From contig NC_058368.1 in assembly GCF_018350175.1 (NCBI RefSeq), forward strand, positions 52,515,815 through 52,576,000: a stretch of DNA of 60,186 nt, read 5' to 3'. Positions 35,922 through 48,560 of the stretch are shown here, piece by piece (within the stretch, counting starts at the first letter, position 1; each line of letters starts with the position of its first letter). This DNA is from Felis catus. Its lineage: Eukaryota. The translations under genes were made by a program, and so were the position numbers. The notes below the pieces were generated by a model. That model was not told the DNA's origin. It ran no database searches and saw only the letters and a program-made list of their open reading frames with translations.

Positions 35922-37680
35922 ATAGCAGCTGCTAACCTAATATTGAATGCGAAAATGAATGAAAGTGTTCTGTGCCAAGGCCAAACCACTTATTCATGAA
36001 ATCTAGTCCAGATTCATCTAATCAACCCCCCCCCCACCTTCTTTTTCCTGAATGACTTGTTTGTTTTGTTTTTCTGGTGTTTTGTTTTTTGTTTTTTGTG
36101 GGGTTTTTTTTTTTTGTTTTTTTGTTTTGGAAGGGATCTGGGCACATGCTAATATTGACTCTGAAAATAACATGTTATTACTTTATTAACTTTATTATTT
36201 TTCCAGACAGCTTTCTAAAGCAATTTCTTCTCCTCATTATGTTTTTTCCAACAGCCCCCTTTCCAGGGCCCTTGGCTAAGCTGTCAATTCTCTCCGTACT
36301 ACCTTTAACCAGAAGACCAAACACTGTGCTATTTCCTCCCACATGCTAACGAAATCCTTCTTCAAAAGGAACATGCTCTGCCTTTCCATGTATCCCCCGA
36401 GTTTCATGTGTGTAACAATCTCATGTTCAAAATACCGGTTACTTAAATTCTCTTTGAACAGGGAAATACTTAAAAATATAATTAAATCATTTTAGTAATC
36501 CACTTAGCACTCTCTGAACCTTTTCTTGTAATATAAGAAAAATCACATGAAAAACATTTTAAAATTATAAAACATTACATTTAATCTTCTTTACTGATCT
36601 ATAAGTGTCATCAATCAGAATATTTCATTTTTAATTATTTTTGAATATTTTGTCATGTAAGTTAGATTATCTCTCTTTCAAAGTGAATGTGAAAATAACA
36701 CACCTTTTTTTTTCTCCCCAAGAATTCTCCAGCAATCATTACAAATCCAGAAGAAAAAGCATGGTTCTGACTAGAAAGGGTTCTTTGCTCCCCATAATAT
36801 TGCTTGCCTTACAATTACCCAACGCTCCTTAATCAGCTTAGTATCTATTTTAAAGTCAAGAACATCACACCTAGTTCACCAGTCACATTAAAAGAATGAT
36901 TCTTAACATATCTGCTTTAGCATAATTTATGCTAAATTATTTTTGAGAGTAAAAAAAAAAAATAAAAAGATGAAACAAATGAGTTTCCATAAGCACGAGG
37001 AAACTTCTCCTTTTCTCCACCCACTCCCCAAAAGACACACTCTCACGTGTACCCCAGACTTGGCCTATAAGCTTATCACACACCCTCTGAAGCTCATCCT
37101 TGAACCATAAATTTAAAAGTCTTGCTTTAATTCAGAGGGTGATAACACACAAAACAATAGTACAAAACTTGTGACAAGTGAGCTATGATATGGGGATTTC
37201 TAGAAACTTCTGTTGCTTGACTGAATTGACTCATGCTTTCAATAAAAACTGACTAAGCCACTCCAATAGACCAGGAATATGTAATACTGAATAGTGAATA
37301 GAGCGGGAAATGTAATACTGAACAAAATAATCCACTACTTTCAAGGAGTTTACACTCTAAGTAAAAAAAGATAAGGAATAAGATACCTGAGACAGAGATA
37401 CTTAAGTAATTAAAAAAAAAATGCTAAGAAGCACTGGTGACACGGTTGGCAAAGAAATAGACTGAGAAATTTGATTGGGCAGAGTCATGGTGACCTTCCT
37501 GGTGAAGGAGCTGAAGTTGAAATGTCCCTGTGGATACTCACTAACAATCCAGCATGTTAGGAAATGGCTTCTTTGATGGAGGAACAGAAGGATATTAAAG
37601 AGATGCTGCCTTTACCCAGTTTCCTTCTTTACCCAGTTGGGGCTGAAAACCCCAACTTTACAGCTGGTCCTTAGAACTTA

Positions 37681-37870
37681 GAGACACCTGGGTGGCTCTG
37701 TCAGTTAAGCAATTGACTCTTGATTTCAGCTCAGGTCATGATCTCACAATTCATGGGATAGAGCCCCATGTCGGGCTCTGCACTGACAGTGTGAGCCTGC
37801 TTGGGATTCTCTCTCCTTTTCTCTCTGCCCCTCCCTCCCCCTCAATAAATAAATAAACATTTAAAAAAAG
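37681..37870 (+). mobile_element. CanSINE
   Basis: SINEC body; short TSD GAACTTA. Confidence 0.93.
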
Positions 37871-37999
37871 GAACTTAAATATTGTCCCTAAAGCTTTTTT
37901 GTAAAAAAATAAATAAATAAATAAATAAAGTGGGGGGGAGGGGGTGAAGGGAGGGCTATGTTCTTTTTCTCCCCATAATAACGTAAATGTATTCTTCAA

Positions 38000-38960
38000 T
38001 AAAGGACAGTTTGGGGATATGTATCAAAAGCCTTAAAACTGTACTTGCAAGAATTTGTCAAGGTTCCTATATGTACAAAAACCCAGACGTATGAGAGTGT
38101 TGTTGCTGTATTTGTCTTAACAAAGGAGAGAAAACAGCCTAATTCCATGAACAGAACAACGATCGTATCCAAATTGATACATTCAAACCATCATTATTAT
38201 GTGGCCAGCACAAATCATGAGTTGGATCCATGTGTTCTAAACTGGAAGAAGCTCCAAATACATTTTCTTTTGATTATACAAAATAAAGGTACAGAATAAA
38301 GCATGTACATCCATTTGTAAAAAGAAAAATATATACTACATGTATATGCTTACACAGACTATTTCCAGAAGGTACCAGAAGAAATGTTTAACGGTAGTTG
38401 CCTATGGGAGAACCAAGAGTCTCTGGTGGAAGAAGAAGTTACTTTTCACTATATATGACTCGAGATTTTACAATGGGCATACATTCGTTTTTTTAAATAA
38501 TAAAGATAAGCTAGCTGAGAAAGTGACCAGGTGTTTCTTATGCACCCATTTGACCTGGAGATTCTAGGTCGAAGATGTTTTCTAAGAACATTATTATTCA
38601 GAAATATAGATGATTTACCAGGATTCACAATTTAGTTAATAGAGAAAAAATGCACAGTAGTTGCATATCCAAGAGCAAGTGACTATTAAATAAATAGTCA
38701 TTTATTTTAAAAATAAAATACAGCCACAGAGAACGATGTCCTGGAAACATATTTACTGACTTGGAAATGCTTTTAGTTAAATATTGTTTAAATGAAAAAG
38801 GCAAAAAGTTATATACATGTGTATATGCATGTGCACAAATATGCATATGTTAACAGTAGTTACTCGGTGAAAAGATCCTGAATCTTTTCATTCTCTTAAG
38901 CATGATTACTGTGTTCTCTCATTTTTTTGCAACAAAACATTTTAATGTCATTTGATTAAT
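38000..38960 (+). mobile_element. Old L1M (L1ME/L1MC-like) 3' fragments, probably two pieces
   Basis: GGACAGTTTGGGGATATGTATCAAAAGCCTTAAAA...; TGTTTAACGGTAGTTGCCTATGGG; ATATTTACTGACTTGGAAATG...AAATGAAAAAGGCA. Confidence 0.6.
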
Positions 38961-39315
38961 GAAAGTAAAACGAGGGCATCATGGTACAATAACATCTCCC
39001 ATTAGCAGAACTGCATCAATAAACACATTTGCACAATTTGGTTCTGGAATCAACAAGTAACCTTTAGATGACAGAGGTCAGGATCCCGAGGACCAGGATC
39101 CCTTGGTCAGGACCAAAGATAGACAAGGTGTGAGCATTCCTGAAGCCCAAGGTGAGGACCCATATCGGGTGGTCTTGGACCACAGAGCCATTGTGAGGTG
39201 ACTGGCAGTCCTGGTGTGAAGAAGAGAGAATTGGGAACCGAGGCCATCAGAGGAAGGACAGCTCTAGAAGAAGGAGTTTTCGTGGCGGTGGCGGTTGTGG
39301 TTTGGTTTGATTTGT

Positions 39316-39536
39316 GTTTTTTCATTGAGTGATGTTTGCATAACATTACACAACATTGTGGAGGTTTAAGATGCCCAACATATTGAGTTAATATATTTGT
39401 ACTGCAATAGGATTGCAACGGTATTGTTAGCTAATACCTCTATCACTTTACATAATTATCATTTCTTCCAGTGCTGGGAACACTTAAAATCTGGCCTCTT
39501 AAAACAAGTTTAACATTTACAGTACAGGTCTGTTGA
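39316..39536 (-). mobile_element. L1MA-type 3' end
   Basis: TTAGCTAATACCTCTATCACTTTACATAATTATCATTTC...GAACACTTAAAATCT. Confidence 0.8.
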
Positions 39537-40239
39537 AGGGTTTTTCAAGTATTCAATGAGGCTTGCCTTAGCAAGCCTCAAACATCACCCTGTCTGAGCA
39601 ACATGAAAGGAATCCAGGCTTAGTTTTCTAACCCTCACGTGGAGCTTCATCTGACCCGTGAATTGCCTTACCTGGGATTAGATTTCTCATTCAAGGTATT
39701 CTACAATCACTAAATAAATGGCCTGTTTTCTTCTCTTTTTCATCTGATATTTTCCAAGAGCAAAAGCTAAGCTACAAACTTGATTTTTGACCTGAGAAAA
39801 TGCAAAGAACTCCATTCTTTAAAAAGTTAGCTTGCTTGGCAGACACATATACCTAAGCTCTGGCAAACCTACTTAAACCTGCTATTTGGAGATTCATAAA
39901 ACTTGAATAAGTCAAATTTGTTCTGTGGGTGTTTTATCCCTCAATCAACTTTCAAGATTGTTTTATTTCTTCTCCTCTTTTAATCTGTTCCAAGGGTTGG
40001 GAAGAAATAAGATCCCCTAAGTATACTATTTAGGTCTTTCCCTTCTCTTTTCTAAGAAGCTCATAAATCAAAATAGAAACAAACATTTTCTGGATTTTTC
40101 CACACTCATCTCGTCTCGGCAAAATTTATAGAGTACATAACAGCATACATAGCTCACTCTCCCAGATACAATAAGAGAAGTAGTAGAATTATCCCCTTCC
40201 GCAATGCACCCAAAGAGAGAAACAAAAACACGTGTTTCA

Positions 40240-40462
40240 GAGCTCCTGGGTGGCTCAGTCAGTTAAGCGTCCAGCTTTGGCTCAAGTCATGATCTATAGT
40301 TCGTGAGTTCGAGCTCCGCATCAGGCTCCGTGCTAACAGTTGAGAGCCTGGAGCCTGCTTCAGATTGTGTCTCCCTCTCTCTCTGCCCCTCCCCTGCTTG
40401 CTCTCTGTCTCTCTATCTCTCTCAAAAATAAATAAACATTAAAAAAAAAATTTAATGGAAAA
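40240..40462 (+). mobile_element. CanSINE
   Basis: TSD AAAAACACGTGTTTCA / AAAACCATGTGTTCCA. Confidence 0.95.
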
Positions 40463-40819
40463 AAAACCATGTGTTCCACAGCTGTATGCCACAGAAGCCT
40501 CTAAAACACTATCAAATGAATTGTACCCTGTGTATGGGTTCATATATTCTCAGTCTAAGACTGTGGAGATTCCTTAACAGAGGACAAGTAGGAGCCCAGG
40601 ACAAAATCAACCTTTTGAATGGCATATGTAATCTGAAAAGGTTTCCAAAAAGATTCTCCTACAAAAAATAAGCAGAGAATGAAAAATAAAAGTCAACATA
40701 ACCACAAAAAAAAACCGAGAATATACCTGGTGCCAAACACAAATTGTGTCATATGAAAAGTAATGTGATAGGAATGGCATGAGTGTTATCATGTCACCTA
40801 GGCTGGGAGGTTTATCTCT

Positions 40820-41030
40820 TGCTTCATTGAGCTCTAGCTCAATGTATGGTGAAATGCATGGCTCTAACAAGCATATAGCTCAATAGAATTTTCCATGTGT
40901 ATACACGCATGCAACCAACACCCAGATCAAGATCTAGAACATTCCAGCACTCCAGAAGTCTCCCTCTTATTTCTACCCAGTCAATGAGCACCTCCACTCC
41001 CAAAGTTGGTCACTCTTCTGCCTTCTGTCA
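40820..41030 (-). mobile_element. L1MB/L1ME-type 3' end
   Basis: CAACCAACACCCAGATCAAGATCTAGAACATTCCAGCACTCCAGAAG. Confidence 0.8.
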
Positions 41031-41639
41031 GGCAAGGGAGTTTGGTGAAGAAAATACCCTCTAGTGTGTCAAGAAAGAGGGAGAAAGCTTAATTCCAAAA
41101 AGGTCTGAAAGAGATTGTAACAAGATGCCAGCTCCAGGATAGTATTAGTGAAAATCTTTGCACATTGTCTTCCCGCTGCCTGCTCCTTCCATATCAATGC
41201 TGGCTATTTCCCTCTCCTTCCAGAGCCAGCTGGGAGGGCCTCTCTAGAAGCCTTTCTATCCCTTCCAGGGCATGTAACTGAACCTACTATGTACTCCATA
41301 GATCCCTGTGTTGAGATTTATCAGAACCATGATCACGCCATTTGTTTGTAACTGGCTAGCTGGCTTCAAATCTGTTTCTTAAGACCTGCAATCCTACTTT
41401 ACGTTTGTACCCCCAACTCTTAGCAGTCACGTGTAAACTAACACATTTATTCAAAATATTTGCTTTCAGAACTGAAGTCGTTGAGGGGCCATCAAGCTAG
41501 TGATTAAAAGACTTGGTCCTTGTTCTTCTTCCACCACTACTGGAAGACTTCAGAAAGAAAGTACACATGCCTTTTCTGTTTCTGTGTTTTACTACTCCAG
41601 TTTTCTACAAATTAAATTTTACGATAATGCTCACTGATG

Positions 41640-41739
41640 TACTTCCAGGGCTCAGACTACTTCTGGCACTTAATAAGCCCTTAATAGATATTTGCTGAAT
41701 GAATGAATGATGAATGAATGAATGAATGAATGAATGAAT
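41640..41739 (+). mobile_element. L2 3' terminus with expanded (GAAT)n tail
   Basis: CTGGCACTTAATAAGCCCTTAATAGATATTTGCTGAATGAATGAA... Confidence 0.8.
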
Positions 41740-42777
41740 AGAGCAAAAGAATGAATAGATGCAAACCTCTCTTTTCATAGGTACTATGAGATCATGCCTC
41801 TTTGGTCTCTCAACTCTTGTTTACTTAAGCTGCAGTGGGATATAAATATCCAGATAGTTACACAATATATCAAACATAAAATCAAATGGAACAGGAAGTC
41901 TATGTGTTACTTATTTTGAAAAGAAGACATGAGTGTTTTCTTATATCACTCATTGTATCCCTCCATTTTCTAGACTCCCAGATATTATGAGGGAGCAACA
42001 CTGGATAATTCTCACAGGGCCAAGTCAGGCATCCATAAGTGCTTTCAGTTTGGGGAAGAATCTGGATTAACAGAAATATTCACTTATTGTTTAACTCCCT
42101 GATTTAGTTCTCTCTCTCTCTCTCTCTCCACACCCCTCCCCCAATTCCCTGTCATATCTTTCCATTCTTCTAAAGGTTTATTACCATTTTCCAACTCGTT
42201 TCTGTAAATTTTCTAAGCACAAAGCTAGTTTCTCCCCATGATGGCGGCCAGTTCAGTGTGTATCTTAGTCTGACCCTGTATCTCCTCCCATCCTGTCCCC
42301 ATCTTGCCACACCATACTTAGGCTCTGATCCAAGCATCTCAGGAATGTTGACTCCTAAATCCTTAACTGTAAGATCCATCAACATCTTCGGTTTCATTGA
42401 TATCTGCCCTCCTGATTCTCAGTGCAGCTTTTCCTCACACACCCAGAGTCCCCAGAATTCTGAGTCAGGAAACAGATTCAGAGGTCCCTAGTTACATCTG
42501 CTGGTTTATAAAATTGTTCTTCCCTTCTCCACCTCCATGGCACTGGCCCTGTTCTCAAGATTCATACAGTGGCTCTGTCTCCATTCTTGCTTGCCTCCAG
42601 TTTGTCCTCCACCCTGCTGCTAGAGTGACCCCAAATCTGACTTCTGGTCAAGATGAAACAATATTCACACTTTGATGCATCAGTTCTACTCTGAATACAG
42701 AGCAATAACATATGTAAAATGTATTTTATATCCTAAAAGAATATAAAAAAGATTGGGTAAAAGAGAGGGGATGCCTA

Positions 42778-43013
42778 GGGCACCTGGGTGGCTCAGACAA
42801 TTAAGCATCTGACTCTTGATTTCGGTTCATGTCATGATCTCATGGTTCATGAGTTTGAGCCCTGCCTTGGGCTCCGCACTGACAGTGTGGAGCCTGCCTG
42901 GGATTCTCTCTCTCCCTCTCTCTCTGCCCCTCTCCTGCTCAATCTCTCTCTCTCTCTCTCCGCACCCTCTCTCAAAATAAATAAATAAACTTTAAAAAAT
43001 GTATATTAAAAAC
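42778..43013 (+). mobile_element. CanSINE
   Basis: Degenerate TSD AAAGAGAGGGGATGCC / AAAGAGAGGGGGATGTCC. Confidence 0.95.
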
Positions 43014-43726
43014 AAAGAGAGGGGGATGTCCCTGTGGTAGGGGCTGTGGAAGAACACAGGGACCCAATGCAGTGGCTGACAAGAAACTATCGAAGTTGCT
43101 AGAGCAATGAAAAAGAATTTCATAAGAACGTAACAGACAGAGGTATGAAGGCTGAGATCCATGTATGTCAAGCTCATGTCTCCTGACAGTCATAAATTTA
43201 TGATGAAAAAAGACTGTACCCCAACATCAGAACAATAAGAGCCATGTTGGGTGACCCAGTTCAGTTGTAGAAAATGAAGCCATCAAAGTTGGTTTTAGAA
43301 TGTTCCCTTCACATGTGTTATTAAATGTATTTATTTCACCTGCAAGGTTTGCCAGACTAACAGCTCCATTGAGAATGCCAAATTCCCAATTGCACCTGAA
43401 AATTACGCTGAAACTGCAAATGGCCATGAACTTCCTAGGTTGTTAAATAAAATACAACCTAATAAACTGTTAATTTTTTTAGCATTCAATTCTCACAGTT
43501 AAAAATTTCTTTACATTTGCTATTGCCTATTACGGATAAGAACTATAAAGTGTGTTGAAAAGCAGGTTACTGTCAGAGTTTAAATTCATTCTCTGCATAA
43601 GCCAATTAAAGGCATTTTCACAAACTCTAGAACACATAAATATGTCAGTTTGTAGGTGGTTATACCTTATCTTTTCAATGAGACTTTCAAATTACTTTAG
43701 TAACCATAAAGTAAATGCCAAGAATT

Positions 43727-43934
43727 TTTTAAAATTGTTTTAATGTTTATTTATTTTTGAGAGAGAGAGAGAGACAGAGCATGAGCAGGGGAGAGGGAGA
43801 CACAGAATCGGAAGCAGGCTCCAGGCTCTGGGCTGTCAGCACAGAGCCCAACGCGGGGCTCAAACTCATGAACTGTGAGATCATGACCTGAGCCAAGGTC
43901 AGACACTCAACCGACTGAGCCACCCAGGTGCCCC
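43727..43934 (-). mobile_element. CanSINE
   Basis: TSD GTAAATGCCAAGAATT at 43711-43726 and 43936-43951. Confidence 0.97.
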
Positions 43935-44636
43935 TGTAAATGCCAAGAATTAAGTTTAAATATGTAAGTACATGTAAACACAGGAACTACATATTGATGT
44001 GCTTTTGGTATTTTTTTAAAACAGTTGTGAATCTGTTATAGTTATGACTAGCACTTCTCAAATTATGCAAATATTTAGGAATAAACATGTCTTAACTTAG
44101 TCAAAACACTGATCCCTGTGACAGATACCCGAGAATCTCCTTCCTAAGTTCCATTTGATGAAAATAAAAAAGCCCGGTCAGGTTCACAAACATGGTAAGA
44201 AAGCTATTTTTTCTTTTCAAAATTTTTCTCAATATCTTGAGGAGCAGGGAAAGTAAGTAGATAAATAATCTTGGGAAAGAAGAAATAAAATTGTCATTAT
44301 TTACCAATAGTATGATTATGTATATAGAAAATTCAAAAGAATATGTAGAAAATTATTATAATTAAATACAAGGTTAGGAGATTGAAAGGCTAATCACAAT
44401 TGTTGAAGCTGAGTAATGGACACATGGAGGTTTTTGACATGATTCTATTTTTTTGTATGTTTGAAAATTTCCATAATAAATTTTTGAAAAAAAAAAAAAG
44501 AAGTGAATTTCCTGGAGAAAGGTTAATTACAATAATCATTTGAATCTACATACACTAGAGACACAAAAATAATTTTTTTTAAATATCATTTATAATAATA
44601 CCAAAATATATCAAATACCTAAAAATAAATATAAGA

Positions 44637-44815
44637 GGGGGTGCCTGGGTCGCTCAGTCCATTAAGTGTCCCATTCTTGGTTTCGGCTCAGGTCACGATC
44701 TCATGGTTCTTAAGATCAATTCCGCGTCAGGCTCTGCACTGACAGCACAAAGCCTGCTTGGGATTCTCTCTCTCCCTCTCTCTCTCTGCCCTTCCCCACT
44801 TGTGCTCTTTCTCTC

Positions 44816-44847
<32 letters not shown>

Positions 44848-44873
44848 AATAAATAAATAAATTTTAAAAAAAG
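44637..44873 (+). mobile_element. CanSINE nested in L1
   Basis: TSD AAATATAAGA(G). Confidence 0.95.
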
Positions 44874-45106
44874 AAATATAAGAGACTAAAAAATCTCTAA
44901 GCAGAAAACTATAAAATAACATTGAAAAGAATTTTAAAGATCTAAATGCCCATAGGATAATTCTTGATCAACTGAATAGTCAATATCATAAAGATATCAA
45001 TTCTCCCTAAAATTATCTATAGACCCAATGTAATTTCAATCTCCGAACAGTTTTGTGGATGTGCGTGTAACTTGACAAGCTGATTTTAAAAGTATTATTA
45101 AATTTC

Positions 45107-45327
45107 GGGGTGCCTGGGTGGCTCAGTCGGTTAAGCGTCCAGCTTCAGCTGGGGTCATGATCTCGCAGTTTGTGGGTTCAAGCCCTGTGTTGGGGCTCTG
45201 TGCTGACAGCCCAGAGCCTGGAGCCTGCTTCGGATTCTGTGTCTTCTTCTCTATCTGCCCCTCTCCTGCTTGTGTTCTGTTTCTCTCTCTCTCTCAAAAA
45301 TAAATAAACATAAAAAAATTAAAGAGA
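45107..45327 (+). mobile_element. CanSINE nested in L1
   Basis: Perfect 19-bp TSD AAAAGTATTATTAAATTTC at 45088-45106 and 45328-45346. Confidence 0.97.
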
Positions 45328-45685
45328 AAAAGTATTATTAAATTTCTATTTGAAAATGCAAAAGGCCAAGAATAACTGAGATAAAGAGGAAATATCATTG
45401 GATATCAATGATTATTATAAAGCTATAAAATTAAGATGATATACTGGTAGTACAAAGGGTGGACAAATAGAACAACTGAAGAAAATAGAGAGCTCAGAAA
45501 CAGATTGCTGCATGTATAAACACTGATCTATAATAAAGGTGCCACAGCAGAGCAGTGGAAAAAGAAGTCTTTTAATGAATGTTACTGGCATAACTGAATA
45601 TCCACAGAGAGAAAAATTATCTCTACATGATGTTGTAGACAAAATCTATTCCAAATGGTTTGTAGATATTTATGTGAATGGCTGA

Positions 45686-45720
45686 CAACAACAACAACAA
45701 CAACAACAATAATAATAATA
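45686..45720. repeat. (AAC)n(AAT)n compound microsatellite
   Basis: Read directly. Confidence 0.9.
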
Positions 45721-46179
45721 GGCATAGGATATTTTGTGATGTTAGGGAAGGAAAAGATTTCTTAAGCAGGTCAATAAAGAAAAGGAAGATGAATTAAACT
45801 ATATTAAAATTAAGAAGTTCTGTTGATTGAAGAAAGAAAAAGCACTGTCAAGAGAGTTTAAAGGTAAGCCACAGTGTAGAAGAAAATATTTTCAACAATT
45901 TAATCAAAAAAAATTTATATCCGAAATATATATAAACTCATAAAAATCAATTAGGGAAACATACAAACAATCCAATGAAAAAGACGTAGGACATTTGAAC
46001 GGTATTCTTAAAAAAGAATATCCAAAGAATCAATAGATTTATATAAAGGTGCCAACCTCACAATGAGGTACCACTTTGGTACAGTTATCAAAATGCTTAA
46101 AGCTAAAAACAACTAATACCAAGTGTTAGCAAGGATATGGAGCAATAAGAATTTTCATACACTGAAATAATATCTAGAC

Positions 46180-46932
46180 AAGTCACAATTCATTGAAAGA
46201 TAATATTGTGGAAATTACTTTTAATACATCATGGACAAGAAACAGAAACAAAAACCTTCAGGGTGGTTCAGTCGGTTAAGCATCCGACTTCAGCTCAGGT
46301 CATGATCTCACAGTTTGTGAGTTTGAGCCCTGCATTGGGCTCTGTGCTGACAGCTCAGAACCTGGTGCCTGCTTCGGATTCTGTGTCTCCCCCTCTCTCT
46401 GCCCCTCCCACGCTCATGCTCCGTCTCTCTCTGTCTTTCAATAATAAATAAATGTTAAAAAAAATTTAAAGAAAAAAAGAAAAGAAAAACCTTCAAAAAG
46501 TCATAGAGGATAGAATGAGAGTCTTAAACATATATCTAACTTCAGAAAAAGATGTTAGAAACACAATACTTAAAGGGATACGGTCAAGAATTTTCCAAAA
46601 TTGAAGGAATACCTGGGTTCCAACATAAATAAAATAACTCCATGCCTCATCACATGAGAGAAAGCTGAAGAATACCAAGGATAAGGATAAAATCGTAAAA
46701 GTTACCAGAGGAAAAAACCAACCTACCAACCAAAGAACAACAATTAGACAATATATTTCCCCCTCAGCAAAAATATATGCCAGAATACAATGGCTTTCTT
46801 AAATTTTAAGGAGGAAATCAGTAAGCCTGCAGTTTTATACCCACCTAAACTGTCATAACCAGACCTCTTCAGACATCAGAGACTAAAAGAGTTTAACACT
46901 CACAGATTCTCACAAAAAGATAATTATTAAAG
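46180..46932 (+). mobile_element. L1 ORF1-like / HAL1-like remnant, interrupted by a SINE
   Basis: AGAATTTTCCAAAATTGAAG...GATAAAATCGTAAAAG...CAATTAGAC...TCAGCAAAAATATATGCCAGAATACAATGG...TTTTATACCCACCTAAACTGTCA are decayed ORF1 motifs (ENFP, ARRQW, ILYPAKLS). Confidence 0.7.
46261..46484 (+). mobile_element. CanSINE, slightly 5'-truncated
   Basis: Starts GGGTGGTTCAGTCGG; TSD AAAAACCTTCA. Confidence 0.95.
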
Positions 46933-47569
46933 TATATAGACATTTTCTATGAAAATCAGTCTCCTTTGGACCTTCATTCCCCATTTCCTTTTCCATTATT
47001 CCTGAAACACCTTGTTTATCAAGCAAATAATTCTGTCTCCAAAACCCTTGATATATTTATCTTGTTTTTCTTTTCCTGAATTCCTCTGGATAATAATCAG
47101 TCTTGTATGAATGCATATCGCTTGTGTCTCTGCTCCTGTGTCCAGAGTACTGGATAGTGTCAACAAAAATAGTAATAATAATGAAAAAAATGAAATATGC
47201 TAATTAATCCATGTACGTTACACACAACTGGGGTTTTCAGTCTACTTAACATTTCATACATGTACACCAAGCATCTCCACTGTACATTCCTTATATTACT
47301 TATTCCAAACTTCTTGTTCTCTCCTCAAGTCCTTCATTTTTATTCTCTTTGTGAGCAAAATTGCTTCTCAGGGTAGAACAAAAAACAAATAAAGAAAAAA
47401 GACATTAAACACCTCAACTTATCTATTTCTATGAGGCCCAAATCAAAAGGAATACAATTGAAAGTGCATCTTTCTGTTATTGAAGCTACTAACACCGTTT
47501 AATTCCCTAGTAGAGAAGTGTTTATGATTTCATGTGTGCTCTATGCCACTATCATCACATATATAAATA

Positions 47570-47770
47570 ACTCTAGTGATAATACTGTACTTTTATCTAG
47601 AAACAAAGAACTCCCACAAATATTCTCACTCTTGGTAGTTTAGGTTTATAATCTCTAATCATCATACAAGGAGTGATTTGCCTAAAATCACATGGTTATT
47701 TACATGCAGAACTGAGAGTAGAATCTGTGACTTCCATTTCCAAATCCAGTCCTTTGTTCGGTGCTGCCGC
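47570..47770 (-). mobile_element. MIR fragment
   Basis: GAGTGATTTGCCTAAAATCACATGG...GCAGAACTGAGAGTAGAATC...TTCCAAATCCAGT. Confidence 0.6.
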
Positions 47771-48299
47771 TATATGCCAAAATATGCTAGTATTTTACCC
47801 AAATCTTTAAGGACAAAATAACCCTGCAGGTAGTGTATGTAGTTTCCTATTAAAAAAAAAAGGTCGTATTAGGAAAACTGGTACATTACTATACTAATCA
47901 TTTCCCTTAGTAAAAATACCGGTTTGTTGCGACGATACCAGTAAAGAGGTATTTATCAGCTGAACTGCATGTTTGTCTATGTACCCCTTTCACCCCAGTA
48001 AAACCCTTCCTTCTATTCGATATTTCTTGTCATCTTCGATGCCTACAGCTATGCTTGCTCATTTACAAGACAGCATCAACAGGTCTACTAGGGAAATGAA
48101 GAAACTCTTTGCTCCCAAGTTGTTGGTCTGCGTCTATTGTGATAAACAACTGGAAAATTAGAGTAACAAAATACTGAGTTATGAGAATCAGGACTGCACC
48201 AAAAGAAAAGAATGTGGCTTTGCCACCATGAAGACCTGGTTACAGATCCTAGATAGGAAATTACTAGCTACGTGTCCTTATGCCATAATCATAAGTATA

Positions 48300-48560
48300 T
48301 AACCATTTCACAGTTATATTCAACATGACAGGCATGGGCTAAACACTTCACCAAAATCTATCAGGAAGTCAAAATACAACTGGAATCAACATTCTGATTG
48401 TTGCAGTATGTCTGACACTGGCATTTAAGTGCCCTGGACTTGTTAGGTATAAATCAGTACTATTGTTAGCATCATTTGATGGAAACTGAGGCTTAGGGAG
48501 GTTATGTTGCCAATCAGAATGTCCAGAATCCGGATTCACAGGTGAGAAGTTTGCCCCAAC
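48300..48560 (-). mobile_element. MIR fragments
   Basis: CAGGCATGGGCTAAACACTTCAC; GATGGAAACTGAGGCTTAGGGAGGTTA. Confidence 0.55.

Larger units (their letters stand above)
44250..46165 (+). mobile_element. Old L1M ORF2 remnant (RT to C-terminal region), interrupted by two SINEs and a short L1 3' end (~44380-44500)
   Basis: From 44273 it translates GKEEIKLSLFTNSMIMYIENSKE, a decayed form of the L1 RT motif [21 protein letters not shown]; later CAAATAGAACAACTGAA...GAGCTCAGAAACAGA and ACCAAGTGTTAGCAAGGATATGGAGCAA. Confidence 0.85.

Noticed and set aside
39557..39580. Perfect 10-bp stem-loop TGAGGCTTGC-CTTA-GCAAGCCTCA
   Set aside because: About one such stem is expected by chance in 60 kb; bacterial terminator logic does not apply to mammalian DNA
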